The notes under the pieces: generated by a model
Database searches by the model: none
What the model saw: the letters and a program-made list of their open reading frames with translations, nothing else
Told to the model about the DNA's origin: nothing
Part shown: in pieces, positions 48,421-63,005 of the stretch
How the letters are laid out: each line of letters begins with the position of its first letter
Position numbering within the stretch: the first letter of the stretch is position 1
Position numbers and translations under genes: made by a program
NCBI GenBank assembly: GCA_964016885.1
Contig: OZ024749.1
Span: 49,166,001-49,230,000, forward strand
Source of the DNA: Eledone cirrhosa
Lineage: Eukaryota
Length of the DNA: 64,000 nucleotides
Reading direction: 5' to 3'

Positions 48421-48800
48421 AAAGGAGATAATCTTGAGAAGTCCATAACCTCCTATGGGGAAATTCTCCCGGTTTCGTGCAAGTACATTTTAAATAACAT
48501 TACTAGATGATGTTTATCTAGCTTCAAGTGACATGAAGCGATAATTATTTTATGCAGGTGTTGTGTGCCTTTTCGTTATTTTTGGCCCAGTTACACGTAT
48601 TTACTTCTGAAGTTGTACAGAGGTCGCCTCTATAAATTTAAAGAAAGAATGAGTATCGTCAAGTGTTGAAAACCTTATCCCAGTCAAAATTGTAGAGTGC
48701 TTCTCGCACTAAATGTAAACGCATAGAGAAACTAAATGAGAGTTATGTATAGAATACAAATACTATAGGAAACAACTTAGATACATACGCATAGATTATA

Positions 48801-48852
<52 letters not shown>

Positions 48853-50184
48853 GTGTGTATGTGAACGTGTTTGTATGTGAACATGCCTGTGTGTGTGAAT
48901 GTGAGTGTGTGTTATTCCGCCAGTAATCTATACATGACCCCCATCTCTTTATCTCTCCTTCTATCTCTAACTATCTATGAACATTCCGAATATCTTTTCC
49001 AAAAGATTTTATCATTTAAACATTCTATATACGTCTTTTTTTGTTTTTACTTTTAATCTAGCTATCAACCTCTTTATCAATATCTGTATGAATATGTATA
49101 AGTATAAGTATAACGAAGAAAACCTCAACGAACAAGCAAAAGTGTATTCGTTTGGCAAGCATTCAAAGAGTAAATCTAGTAGCTGGTGGTCTCAAACAAA
49201 GTTTGTGTCTGAATTCCAATAGTACGATGAACAAATTTTGGAATATTGGAACTATGCCAAAATGAACGGAGAGTAATTTTCTTAGGTTAAACACGAGTAA
49301 CGAAAACAAATACAACTGGCCAAACAATTTGTTTTCCTATATCCTGTACTAACTATCCATATAGCTCACTTTGGTTTCTTTCGTTATATCATCAATGATC
49401 AGTTGTCGTTTGGTGGTGCTTAATAATATAGTAGGATATGTCGTATTGATACACTCTAGAGTGTAAGTTATTTATTTTTTATTGCCGATAATGTTTCTTG
49501 TTCTCTATATATTTTTTAGTTTCGTGAGAAATCAGATATTTTGTGGGGTTTAGGCTGGGAGTGGGCAGCGTACTTTGAATTTTATGTGAGTTCACATTCT
49601 TTATGTTTCTTTTTCTGATAATTTTTTAAAAATATTTCCTGAATATATTATATTGTATAACCTCTAAGTGCAAATGAAAAATATTTGAAAAAAGTATAAG
49701 AAGAAACATTTGATTTAGTATAAAAATATTTTTATCATAAATCGGAAAGAAAATTAAATCGACTAGTACAAAAGTACACATACATACACACACATACACA
49801 TGCATATGTATATATGTGTGCGTGGGTATGTCAGTAAGTCTGTCTAGATGTGTATGAGTTATTGATTTTCCAAACACAATGTATATGTCTATACTATATG
49901 TGAATACGTGGTCATAAAATTATAAATATATAAATATATATTTGTTATGTGAAACTCATGTCCAACACACGAGTATAGCGTATATTCTATTCACATACGA
50001 TAGAAACAATGTTGGTGGTTTGGGGCTCTACACTTTGTTCATATTTCATGACCTCTAATATAAATGCTATTACAATGAAAAAGCTTGATAACATTGACAA
50101 TACTCTGTTAGATACCTGTTTACGTGCGAATGAATTAGCAGTCACCATCATCATCGTCGTCTAAATTTTTTGGTGTTTTTTATT

Positions 50185-50530
50185 ATTGGATTGGATGCAT
50201 CGGTAGAACGTCATACATATTTTGTGGCATGGAGTTATGGCTCTTTGCTTCCTGAGTTTAAGCCCCACCGAGTTTAGCTTTGCCTTTCATTCTTACGGGG
50301 TCGATACCATAAATCACTAGTAATGCACTGGGGTCGATTTAAGCGGCATTCACCTCTCCTCAAATTACTGGCCTTGAGCATATATAAGAAATCATTATTA
50401 TTATTATTATTGCCATTCTGAGTTCAAATCCCGCCGAGGTTAACTTTACCTTTCATCCTTACGGGGTCGATAAAATAAAGTACCACTGGGTAATTGCTGG
50501 CCTTGTGCCTAACGTAGAAACAATTATTAT
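50185..50530 (+). mobile_element. Two adjacent SINE copies: older full-length (~50185-50410) and younger 3' half (~50413-50530)
   Basis: Both contain CCTTTCAT.CTTACGGGGTCGATA and the GGCCTTG tail. Confidence 0.85.
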
Positions 50531-50574
50531 TGGTGGTAAAAACAAAAGCAACAACAACAACAGCAACAACGGCA

Positions 50575-50597
50575 GTAGTAGTAGCAGTAGTAGTAAC

Positions 50598-50637
<40 letters not shown>

Positions 50638-50646
50638 CTAGTAGTA
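50575..50646. repeat. (GTA)n microsatellite
   Basis: Direct reading. Confidence 0.95.
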
Positions 50647-51073
50647 TGCATTGGTGGCGTTCATGAGTGTTGTTTTGTCTTTACCCCGCGAAGCGACGGA
50701 TTTTTACCTAATATTGTGTTCAAATAATATAAACCGCAAACAATATATGCTCTAAACTTCTGTTCAAATATTTCTGACAGAGGAATGAACAGATGTCAAT
50801 CTGAGTTCCCAGTACAGGTGTTACCGTTTTGGTCTTCGAAATTCTTGTTTAAGTATGGACAGACTATTTCTGATTCTCACAGTTGATATGTGCAAATGGC
50901 CAGCAATATCACGGGAGGGGTGTAGATTCCTTTATATTACCAATAACACACTGGCGCCGATCTAATCGACTCTCACATTTCCCTAGATATTATTGGCCAT
51001 GTGTCAAACGTAGAAGCAGTTAATACTAATAGCGCATTGTAACAAAAGTTTAAACAATTATTAGTAACAACAT

Positions 51074-51300
51074 AGGGCAGTGGATTGGCACTATCGGAGA
51101 ACGTCGGACAATATATTTTGTAGTATATATTAACGTCCCTTTATGTTTGGACTTCAAATCCCTCCGGGGTTAGCTTTGGTTTTCCTCCTTACGTGGTCCT
51201 TAAAATAATGTACCAGTAACGCACTCTGGTCGATTATATCAACTTAACCCTTCCTACAAATTGATGGCGTTGTGCCAAATGTAATAACACTTATTATTAG
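51074..51300 (+). mobile_element. Diverged SINE copy (longer subfamily)
   Basis: GGGCAGTGGATTGGCACTATCGG...TTCAAATCCC...GTACCAGT...GGTCGAT...TTGTGCCAAA. Confidence 0.8.
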
Positions 51301-52896
51301 TAGTGGGAGGAAGGGGTTGAACATTAGAATAGTTTGGCATTTTTGAATGATCTCTCATTCAAATACGAAGGTCGATATAATAAAGAACACAGAAAACCGA
51401 ACATGTCGCCATGTGATAACATAAGTAGGAAATTTTAGTATTATGTTTCTTTCTATTTTATAGTTAACAAATGTAATAAAGATAATTTTCTTTTATTTCG
51501 AAATTATTTATTTAAAAATAGCTTTACCGATAGCGAAATTAAGAAGGTGATATAATCTAGCATGACGCCCAAACTATCTGACTTGTCTTACAAATTTGTT
51601 ATTGTTTAGATTTACAAGCCAGTGCCATCCTTCGTTGAACAGACATATACTCAAAAGCGTTACATACATTTCTCTGTCTGATATGTCAGTATCAATAATT
51701 TATTTTAAGAATATATGTACAAATCCTGGGAAAATGTGCTCTTGTTTGTAACAAACCGGTGGCGAATTTAATGAACTATAGAAGAGCGAATAGAAACCTT
51801 ATTACATGCCACGTAATCATTTGGTAATTTCAAGGATTAAAAGATACTGGAAAACTTAGTTTTCTAAAGTTAATGCTAAATGCGGTGAAACACAACATAA
51901 ATGAATAAACTTCACATTCATTCTTTCTAAATTACGGTTCTACAAAATAAGTAAAAACTTTAAAAAGACGTACATGTTTGTATATATTTAACTAATGCCT
52001 TCTTCAAGTTGGCGCCATTATATGGTCATTAGTCAATAATTAAAACCAATTAAAAAGATAAAAACATTTAATGATGCATTTTTGAAACCCTACAACTGAT
52101 TAAATGTGTTTATCTGTTTAACATGGGTAATGAGGAAATAGATGGAACTGAATCAATGATGATAATGAAACGAAAGCATAATTGGTCTGGGGTTTTATTT
52201 TGTATGTATGGCAAACTCTTCGTTATAATAACTCATATTCTACCATTTAAAACTTAACATCTACTTCCTTAAGGATTAGATTATGAAAACATTGTGAAAA
52301 TATATGAAATCTCTACAATTAAAAAAAAAAAACTAATGAAACAATTTTATTATTTTGTTTTCCCCCACGATTGGAATTGTGGTAAGTATTATCAATTTTT
52401 TTTTATATTTTGATGGATATATAAACATTATTTATGTTCGCATAAGTGATATATTAAGAAAGTGTGTATTATTTAAAAGATAGTAATTAATTCAAAATGA
52501 ATATATAACTATATCGATTTCTCTAATGTAGTATTTCACTCCATAATAATATAATAAAGTTTCTAAGTCTGGTTCTAAATATAATATGTGTTTTCAAGTG
52601 CTGTCTGGTATATTGAACACATTGTTCACCTATATCATTATTTAAACAGAAACGCAAGTAGCTACTCTCATCGGATTTCCATTCTGTTAAGAATTTGTAC
52701 TTACAATCTAATAGATTTTGCAATGTAATCAGAAGACGCGGGGCTGGTGTGTTATTGGACTGTTTATCATCGAAAATAACATAATACGCGAGCTAATCAG
52801 GTGCAATAATTTGAAATATGTTGAGATAGAACCATGTAAAAGAATAATATATTTGACAGCATCGGATAACAAAGTCATTTACAGATAACTATAGTG

Positions 52897-53015
52897 AAGG
52901 CGTGTGGCTAAGTTGTTAGAGAACCGGATTCACAATCATGAACTTGTGAATTCGATTTCCGGACCGGGCGATGCGTTATGTCCTTGAGCAAGACACTTTA
53001 TTTCACGTTTCTCCT
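52897..53015 (+). mobile_element. tRNA-derived SINE of a second family (5' part)
   Basis: GGCGTGTGGCTAAGTTGTTAGAG (A-box-like), GAATTCGATTTCC (B-box-like), then GCGTTATGTCCTTGAGCAAGACACTT, a CORE/V-type post-tRNA segment. Confidence 0.75.
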
Positions 53016-53620
53016 TCTACCTGGAGTTGCGGCCGATTGATAGTATTAGCAATTGGATAGACCAATGGAAACATTGTTTCCTCGGCCCAATTTGACGAAA
53101 ATCGATCATTCCTCTTACAGATAACTATATTTAACCCATTCGAAGTTGGGTTTACAATAAATCAACAAGAAATCGGTATATCATTTAAACATTAAATGTG
53201 AATTGTGGCTATAATTGAAATATAAATGCTATAGACACTTAAAATATTGCTGTGAATTTATATAAGATAACATTTATATAAATATCCAGAAAATATGACT
53301 GGTGTCTTATATATTTGAATAATAATGCTTTATCAAGGGAAATGAAGCAAATATTGACGTATTTAACTAGAAATTCTAGAGTTCAACGGCAATCATATTG
53401 GAAGCATTTAAACAAGTGGTATTTCTGATTTCCTCTCGTTTTTCTTGTATATATTGTGTTTGGTCATCGATTGCAACATTCCCATCAACCATGGATTGAA
53501 TCTAAATGTCATGGTTACTTATCCGACTACATTGATTAAATTATAAATGAATTGAAAAATGTTTAAATGTCTCTACAAAGTAATATAACCAATGTTGTGT
53601 CACACGAAAATACACACACG

Positions 53621-53656
<36 letters not shown>

Positions 53657-54191
53657 CATATATGTTTGTGTATATATATATATATATACATATATACCCC
53701 CCCCCCCACACGCACACACACATATATATATGTATAGTTCTACAGAGAAAGGAAAATAGACAAATAAAGTAATATACAGGAGGATATTATTGAAATACGC
53801 AACAAAACTAATCGGCGAATAAATTCAATTAAACCCACACATCTTTATCCAAATAGACTCATATATGTATATAAATCTATTCGTAGTAATGGCCATAGAG
53901 CAACGCCTTTGTGTTTATTTTTAGGTCTATAAATATGATTTCTATTTGACACCGTAACGTGAAGGTAGATTTTCACTACAATAATTTCTTTAACAGCATA
54001 TTATTACTGGAGCATTAAGTTAATCACCATTTCAATCAAATTATTTTACACTCTCATTGAAATCAAAATTCCGACCGCCTGACATAAAATCTATTTGAAC
54101 GAATACAAAAGGAACTCATTTATTCTGTCTGTCTATCTGATAATGTCACACAAGGCGTATTTCCACACACATGTGTGCTTATACAATATTT

Positions 54192-54284
<93 letters not shown>

Positions 54285-54354
54285 CATTTATATATGTATA
54301 TATATATACATATATAAACACGCAAACACAAACACCCACACCCACACACACAAA

Positions 54355-54457
<103 letters not shown>

Positions 54458-55285
54458 ATTTATACAATGCACAATGTATAGACAATGTATATATCTTTTC
54501 TATTTTTAAGTTGCGCAAATATTGAAAATCTTTTAACGTTTGAAATATTTTTATACCAAGTTATATTTGAAATTGTGGTAATGAAATAAAATGTTTCATA
54601 TGTTTTTTTCTTAATTAGATAAATACTCATATATTTTCTTTGATTTTTAGGTGGGGGTTTCTTCGTTGAAGACCTTCTGCTGTATAGCCCACTTGAGAGA
54701 TTTCTTACCACTTACCACTACAGTGCTGACAAAAGAAAAACTAAGGATTCCTACGGACATTATAACAAATCGAATTGTCAACCACTTCCTTAAAATTGCA
54801 GAATATTTTCGATATGTAATACATTCAAACATAATAGACAGTAATAACTTCATTGGAATGTCTTGAACGAAACATTTGCCTAATCATCATTGAATGAGGC
54901 TAAACCCCAGCACGCCATACGATTGAATTGAATGCCAATACTCTAATGGTTTTCACATTTATTACGATCTAAATGTATACATTCAAACTTGAATTTCGTG
55001 TAAATACTATTCTGTACCTTATTTTCATCGGATCAGTGTAGTATTGTAACTGCCATATGATGTTCTATATATGATATATTGTCATGCATAAATAAATAGA
55101 TAAATAAAAAAACATTTTATTGAACAATATAGACTTTTTGTTATACTCGTCTAATCAATTTATCAAAATACATTACTTCCGTCTGAAATGAAATACAAAG
55201 TAACCATTTTATTATTCCGATCGATTTATTAGATTATATATATACACACATATGCATACATACGTATACACACGCATACACATAA

Positions 55286-55363
<78 letters not shown>

Positions 55364-55426
55364 CCTAAAATATTTAAGCGATTAAACATATGAGCACCTA
55401 AATACACATAATTGTACAGACATGTG

Positions 55427-55525
<99 letters not shown>

Positions 55526-56406
55526 GTGTGTGTGTGTGTGTGCCTTTGTGATTATGCATGTGTGTTCATATATATGCATATGTGTTTTTGCACGTATCTG
55601 TATATAACACTATTATTTACATTCATAATGAAGCAATAGCTTAAAGGAAAAAAAGTTAAACGAACAATTTAGAGAAAATGCGTATAATTTTGTCAGAATT
55701 GAAATATAAAAAGAAATCATGATTTGCAATTAAAGAGAAATTATTTATCAATTAAGCAATATTGTGATATATCGAAAAAACATATATTCAATAATTTTAT
55801 AAAAAGTAAAACTATCTATCAAGATATTACAGTCGATTTAATATCCGGGAAAAAAAGAATTTACAACTCAATCGTATTTAAAATGGCGAAACTATGAAAG
55901 AATATAAAAAAGAAGGTATCATTATTTTATTTAAGTACATTATTATATATTTCCATAATATGAAATGAAAAGGAAATACTCCTTTGGCAAAGGGGAAACA
56001 TCATTGTGATTTTTGGAAAAATAAAACATTAAAAAGAGATAAGGGAAATAAAAAGGGAAATCAAAGTCAAAATGAGAATACTAACACACACACACATATA
56101 TATATATATATGTGTGTGTGTATATTGTTCGTGTAAATATATACGTAGAAAATACATACACATGCATATATATATATATACATTTACAAACATATATATA
56201 TACACAGATGTTTATAAACACGGACATACACATACACAATACATACAAATATAATATACAATTACATACGTGTATAATGTGCATGTGTACGTGGATAATG
56301 AATGTCTATATATGTATGTATCTGTCTGTGCAAACACTCACACACATACACACACACGGACACACACGCACACACGCACACACGCACTCACAAATATACC
56401 CCCCAA

Positions 56407-56521
<115 letters not shown>

Positions 56522-56768
56522 AAACATTGATTTTCGAGTGGAACTTTTGGAGAATGTGTTGCGGAGATGAAGTAGAAACAATATATGAAATACAGAAATG
56601 TTGGTGTATGGGAGTAATGAAATGAAGTTAAATCATAGGAATTAATAATATCTTTGTAAATGTCGATCGAAATTATCGAATATCGGAAGGAAAAAAACGC
56701 AGAATGATTGAAAAGAAAATAATGCTAAAATAATAAAAGAAAGAGACATGTAAGTAGATAAATAAAAT

Positions 56769-56800
<32 letters not shown>

Positions 56801-56811
56801 CAATATATGTA

Positions 56812-56875
<64 letters not shown>

Positions 56876-57127
56876 AATCAGTAAGTTAATTGAATACTAT
56901 AATATCTACTTCCTTTGAACATATCAGACACGAGTTCAAAATGGCCGAACACTTTAGGTAGATTAGTTCCAGATGCAAGCACAGAAAGCTTATCACACGT
57001 TCATGTACATATATATATATATATATATAACTATATGTATATCTTTGTATATATATATATAAACACATATACAAATAAATATATACACATATATACACAT
57101 ACATATATATGCATATATACATATATT

Positions 57128-57159
<32 letters not shown>

Positions 57160-57868
57160 CATGTACGAATATACATACATATATATATATATGTGCACAT
57201 ATACATACAAACATACATACATATATATATTCATAACATCATATAAAATATATGAAACCTATGAACATACACATTTACTTGTGCTTATCTATAAATATAA
57301 TTATATTCACATACATACGCATGTCCTTCTTTATTCGTGCTTATCAATGCGTTGTCCATTTTGCGAAATTGAATGTGTGAACTTTTGCAGTTTCTGTTGA
57401 TTGAACAAGAATGTATCGGGAGTCTAATTTGTGATATAAGGCATATTGAAAGGTTTTAGGTTATATAATGTAGGGATGTGGTTCATTAAGAGTTAAGAGC
57501 CTTAAATGAGGAGCTTTGATCTCATTGTTCCCTTTGATCTGAAAGTATGCTAATAATTATATTATTCTCATGTACGCGTAACAGCCACACCACGAACTCA
57601 AAATAATACTTCTTTATCTCCTTTTTCTTTAATGCATAGATTCAACCCTTAAACATACAATATTGATGAGCTTTATGCATTAATGTAAAATTCATATCTA
57701 TGCATGAAACTCCCTGCACTATCTTTCACCCTCTGCCATATTGTAGTATTTCGTGTATACATCCACATGTATACATACTCATATATACGTATATATGTGT
57801 ATGTATACATGTACATTTATACATACCCATATATACATATATATGTGTATCCTTATTTAATATATATG

Positions 57869-58062
57869 TGGGCGGTGGATTGGCAGTATCGGTATAGTGT
57901 CGGACGCCATGCTTTGACGCATAGAGTTACGGCCCTTGCTATTCTGAGTTCAAATCCCGCCGAGGTTAACTTTGCTTTTCATCCTTACGGGTTCGATAAA
58001 ATAAAGAACCAGTAATGCACTGGGTATTTGCTGGCCTTGTGCCAAAAGTAGAAACACTTATT
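57869..58062 (+). mobile_element. Full-length SINE copy
   Basis: Close match to 10129..10320 in the opposite orientation. Confidence 0.92.
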
Positions 58063-58175
58063 TAATATATATGTTCGTGCAAATAATCTAACGATTCTAA
58101 CGATTTGTTTCATATATACATTGTGTGCGTATTTTAATGCATTTATATATGCAGCACGCACACACGCTTTTCAAT

Positions 58176-58435
58176 ATGGCGTAGGACATAACAAAGGAGA
58201 TGCACAAAACAAAGAAAATAATCCCAGTCACTGAAGAGGTCACATAATGTGTGACGAAAGAACTTTGACAATATATGAACAACCGTCCGGTTGTGGAACC
58301 AACCAACCAACCAACCGCAATTTTATAAATATTTAAATTTTTAAATTTATAATTTAATTTATAATAAATTGGAGTGAAGCATCTGGTGCTTGTGTTTCTT
58401 ATTGGCAACATGACCCTCCAAAAGTATAACAATAT
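58176..58435 (+). mobile_element. Family B single arm with hammerhead-like motif (58227-58269)
   Basis: Homologous to the right arm of 29853..30424; ends at GTATAACAATAT/(TA)n. Confidence 0.85.
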
Positions 58436-58451
58436 ATATATATATATATAT

Positions 58452-59287
58452 ATTTCGTTTCTGAATTTGTTTAGCAAGATTCTTTATCTGAAATCGTGTG
58501 TTGAAACCGATATTGTTATACTTTGGGAGGGTCATGTTGCCAATAAGAAACACACGCACCAGTTACTTTCACTTCAATTTATTATATATTTATAAATTTA
58601 TAAATTTACAATCTACAAACTTATAAATTTCTGGTTGGTTGGTTGGTTCCACAACCAGATAGTTGTTTATATATAGTCATAGTCCTTTCGTCACACACTC
58701 TGTGACCTCTTCAGTGACTGGGGATTCATTTCTTTGTTTCTGTGCCTTTCCTTTCTTCTGTCCTACGCCATTTTGTTTCTGTGTGTGTGTTGTGTGCTCA
58801 GTTTGAATAAATGAACACTGGCGAGACCTTCAAGATAATAAAGAATCATCTGTGCTCTACCAACATTAGAGAACATAGAAATAAAAATAGAATCCGCACA
58901 CAGAAAAGATGCAATGTTTAGGCAAATTACAGAGGCAGTAAGCATAAAAGAATTACAACCAAAATTAAATAAAAAATATGAGTGGAACAGCAACATCACA
59001 ACTTACAATTAAGGACAAAATGAAAACACACACACATAGAACAAACAACCAACCAACAACATGTAAATAAATAAATAAATAAATAAACAAATAGATAAAT
59101 GAACACAAACACACACAGACACCCGGATGTGGCGCATGCGCAAACTGAGCACACAACACACACACAGAAACAAAAGTTTTTAGATTTGTAAATTTATAAA
59201 TTTATAAATATATAATAAATTGAAGTGAAAGCACATGGTGCGTGTGTTTCTTATTGGCAACATGACCCTCCCAAAGTATAACAATAT
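58452..59287 (+). mobile_element. 5'-truncated Penelope-like element (family B): inverted terminal repeat (58452-58805) + GIY-YIG C-terminus (58805-59012) + internally deleted 3' repeat
   Basis: INEHWRDLQDNKESSVLYQH / LENIEIKIESAHRKDAMFRQITEAVSIKELQPKLNKKYEW aligns with the EN C-terminus at ~12810-13025; 58772-58805 is the inverse of 59140-59175. Confidence 0.87.
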
Positions 59288-59296
59288 ATATATATA

Positions 59297-59459
59297 TAAT
59301 ATATAAGAACAAAAGATGGTTTAAAGAGTTCCATGTATTTTATTATGCGCATTTCAAAAACAAATATCATCATTCAATAATATTTGTGTTTTCATCAGAT
59401 AAAACAGGAAGACATGATATGAAGGTTAAAATACACTTGTGGATAGTGCAGTTTTAAAT

Positions 59460-59464
<5 letters not shown>
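59297..59464 (-). mobile_element. Family A single arm with intact hammerhead (59338-59404)
   Basis: Homologous to 18625..18791 with the same two boundaries; core CTGATGA...GAAA TGCGCA TA is conserved. Confidence 0.87.
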
Positions 59465-59540
<76 letters not shown>

Positions 59541-59555
59541 TAAATATATATAAAT

Positions 59556-59586
<31 letters not shown>

Positions 59587-59645
59587 AATATATATAAATA
59601 TATATATAAATATAAATATATATAAAAATATATATAAATATATAT

Positions 59646-59712
<67 letters not shown>

Positions 59713-59715
<3 letters not shown>

Positions 59716-59855
59716 TTTCTGAATTTGTTTAGCAAGATTCTTTATCTGAAATCGTGTGTTGAAACCGATATTCTTATACCTTGGGAGGGTCATGTTGCCA
59801 ATAAGAAACACACGTGCGTGTGTTTCTTATTGGCAACATGACCCTCCCAAAGTAT

Positions 59856-59863
<8 letters not shown>
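59713..59863. mobile_element. Minimal family B palindrome (tail + ~50-bp arms)
   Basis: ...GGGAGGGTCATGTTGCCAATAAGAAACACACG TG CGTGTGTTTCTTATTGGCAACATGACCCTCCC...; (TA)n on both sides. Confidence 0.85.
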
Positions 59864-59915
<52 letters not shown>

Positions 59916-60285
59916 CCACACATAAGCTACTACCTCCAAAACCAACGCCAATTCGCGTGTTACTGTACTATACATAGCTATATTATGTGGAGCAAGGGGA
60001 ACCATCAAATGTATTAAGGATAGACATTTTAAAAGAATTCTGAAACATATTATCACGTAACTATATTGTTTTGCTTGACATACAATAGTTCTATTTTGAC
60101 GTTCATATTGGATATTTTCGATACAATGTCTATTCCCATCAACTCATTTTGAATCACACCTCGGTTTCATGTTATATGCTATACTTCCTTATATTGATTT
60201 GATGTAAAAGTTTTATGTGGCTTCCTATTTATCTGAACTAACTCCTAGCTCTCTAACTCCCTTATATTATAAAATATCAATATCA

Positions 60286-60475
60286 AGGCGGTGGATTGGC
60301 AGTATCGGTAGAGGGTCGGATGCTATGCTTTCCAGCATAGTTACGTCCCTTTGCGAACTGAGTTCAAATCCCGCCGATTTCAACTTTGCCTTTCATCCTT
60401 ACAGGGTCGATAAAATAAAGTACCAGTAATGTACTGAATAATGGATGGCCTTATGCCAAAACTAGAAACAATTAT
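60286..60475 (+). mobile_element. SINE copy
   Basis: Full consensus match. Confidence 0.9.
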
Positions 60476-60662
60476 AAAATATCATTTTAACGACGGCGGA
60501 ATGTGAGATGTGCAACCACGTATAAGTGTCTCTATTAGATCTATTAGACTTCAACCTTGATGGTTATCCCTCATTTTAACTTACCTTAATACTGGAACTA
60601 TTAAAAATAGCAGCAAAATAATTAAATCATATCCAAACGACTTAAAAATGAAGACATATAAG

Positions 60663-60882
60663 ATAATGGTTTCTTATATTGGTACACAACCAGCAATGTT
60701 GGGGGAGGGGACAATCTATTATATTAACCCCAATGTGTAACTGGTACTTTATTTTATCCACCCCGTAAGGATGAAAGGCAAAGTTAACCTCGGCGGGATT
60801 TGAAATCAGACCATAAAGGGCCGTAACTCTATGCTGCAATGCATGGCGTCCGACTCTCAACGGATAATGCCAAACCACCTCC
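60663..60882 (-). mobile_element. SINE copy (longer 3' subfamily), inverted relative to 60286..60475
   Basis: Reverse-complement consensus match. Confidence 0.88.
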
Positions 60883-62005
60883 CTCCCAGTGCATATAAGA
60901 TAATATACTGTGGAAAGCGATTTGATTAAGGCTTATTAGTATTCGTTTATAGTTGTTCGCATTCAGGGACACTGCTTGAAAATTGACATGGGCATAGTGG
61001 AAAGTGTAGTACGATGTATATTGTTACGAAACAACTTCAAGATTGTCAGGGATGGAAAATTCCTGTTCATATGATCCCTCATTCTAAATCGAAAAAAAAA
61101 ACATTTAAAGAAAAATTTGAACAGTGATAAAATCAAATAATTTATTACTCAAACCCGTATAAAATGTTGTATTTCCATGACAAATTCAAGATAATAAATT
61201 AAAATAATAATTAAGATAAACATCTTTGTCTTTTGGACATATTCGTGTAGTTAGTATTAAAGTACATATTTCGGTTTACTGATCTGGGTGGAGAAATCTC
61301 CAAAAATGTGCCTCAAAAAAATCAGAAATATGCATGAAACAAATATCTCTATTTAGCATTCTCCGCCTTCGTGAAACAAACATGATTTCAGGAATGGTCT
61401 AATTTCTTTAAAACCGCCGGCGCTTTGTATAGTAAGATAAAAATAAACATATATGAATATAAGCCTTCAAGGTATTTATTTTGGCGTAAAGGAAAACAAA
61501 AGAATTTGTTGCACCGAAAACATTTTACCCTACATACCACACACAAACATCACATGCCTCGGTTTTCGTCATTATCGAAATGTTTATATATATATATAAT
61601 ATTTAAGTAATCGAGAAGACGTTCACTTGATAATAAAAGTAAAGTGCGCTTGAGGAAAGCAAGGTATAAAAATACATTTTCTTCCTCAACCTTGAGTGAC
61701 CTTTTTCCGGAGTAACACTAACATTTAGAATAATATATAATTATGCTTTGACATGATTTCCGTTAGTCAAAATAACTTCTTATTTAATTTATAACTTTCA
61801 TGTACTTTCTATAAAGATTATTATAATTGTCAGATATAAATAGTTCATCCCAAAACATGGTACTACGTTTGTGAATAATATGGTATGTTTTATTTTTGTA
61901 GTAATCTACTCTGTTGGAGATGATGTAGTCAAACTTTACGAATCAAATCATTCCCAGTTGATTAGAGTTACTGATTAGAGAAATGATTCAAACAGTAAAA
62001 CATTG

Positions 62006-62071
<66 letters not shown>

Positions 62072-62076
<5 letters not shown>

Positions 62077-62225
62077 GAAGAAATAATTAGGAAGCTCTGA
62101 TGATTTCTCCCGAATGAAACAGATCTAATCCTGTAGAAACCATTTCTATATTAAATATTTATACTCTGCTATGTATTGAGTACCTTACTTTCAGTGGTTA
62201 ACCCTGATTGAACCCGGGTTAAACT
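62072..62225 (+). mobile_element. Family D element with best-preserved CTGATGA...GAAA motif and a very short inverted left arm
   Basis: TTCAGAAGAAATAATTAG GAAGCT CTGATGATTTCTCCCGAATGAAAC...GTGGTTAACCCTGATTGAACCCGGG; (TA)n on the left. Confidence 0.75.
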
Positions 62226-62761
62226 GATATATATATATGTATATATACATATAGGTGGGGTGTATGTGTATATGTGTGTTTGTGTATATCTGTGTGAGTG
62301 TATGAATATATATATAAGCAAATATGAGGATAGCTTGAATAAGAATGAAAGATAAGGAATATACATATATGATGAAAAGCAATTCATCAGCATTGATCCA
62401 ACAAAGATTATTAGATGAAAAGTGTGCACGAAGAGAATACAGATAATGAAACAGATATGTGAACGTAAATGATGGTGGGACCGAGATACAGGCGTACGAA
62501 TCATTTTCTTGATTTAACACTTGAGATATATAAACTAAAATACTAACGTGTTTTCATTTAACACTGCTCATATAATTACTTATTAAAATTTCACGGCACA
62601 ATTTTTCAAAATCTTTATAAAAAGAACAATCAAATCTGCATTCACTAGTCTATTAGAAATAAAAATAAAGTATGTTCAATGTCACACTTCTTATACTATC
62701 TTATAATTAGTTCTCACCTATGTAAGTGCTTTTATGCTTCGATATATTTTTCATTTTGCCT

Positions 62762-63005
<244 letters not shown>

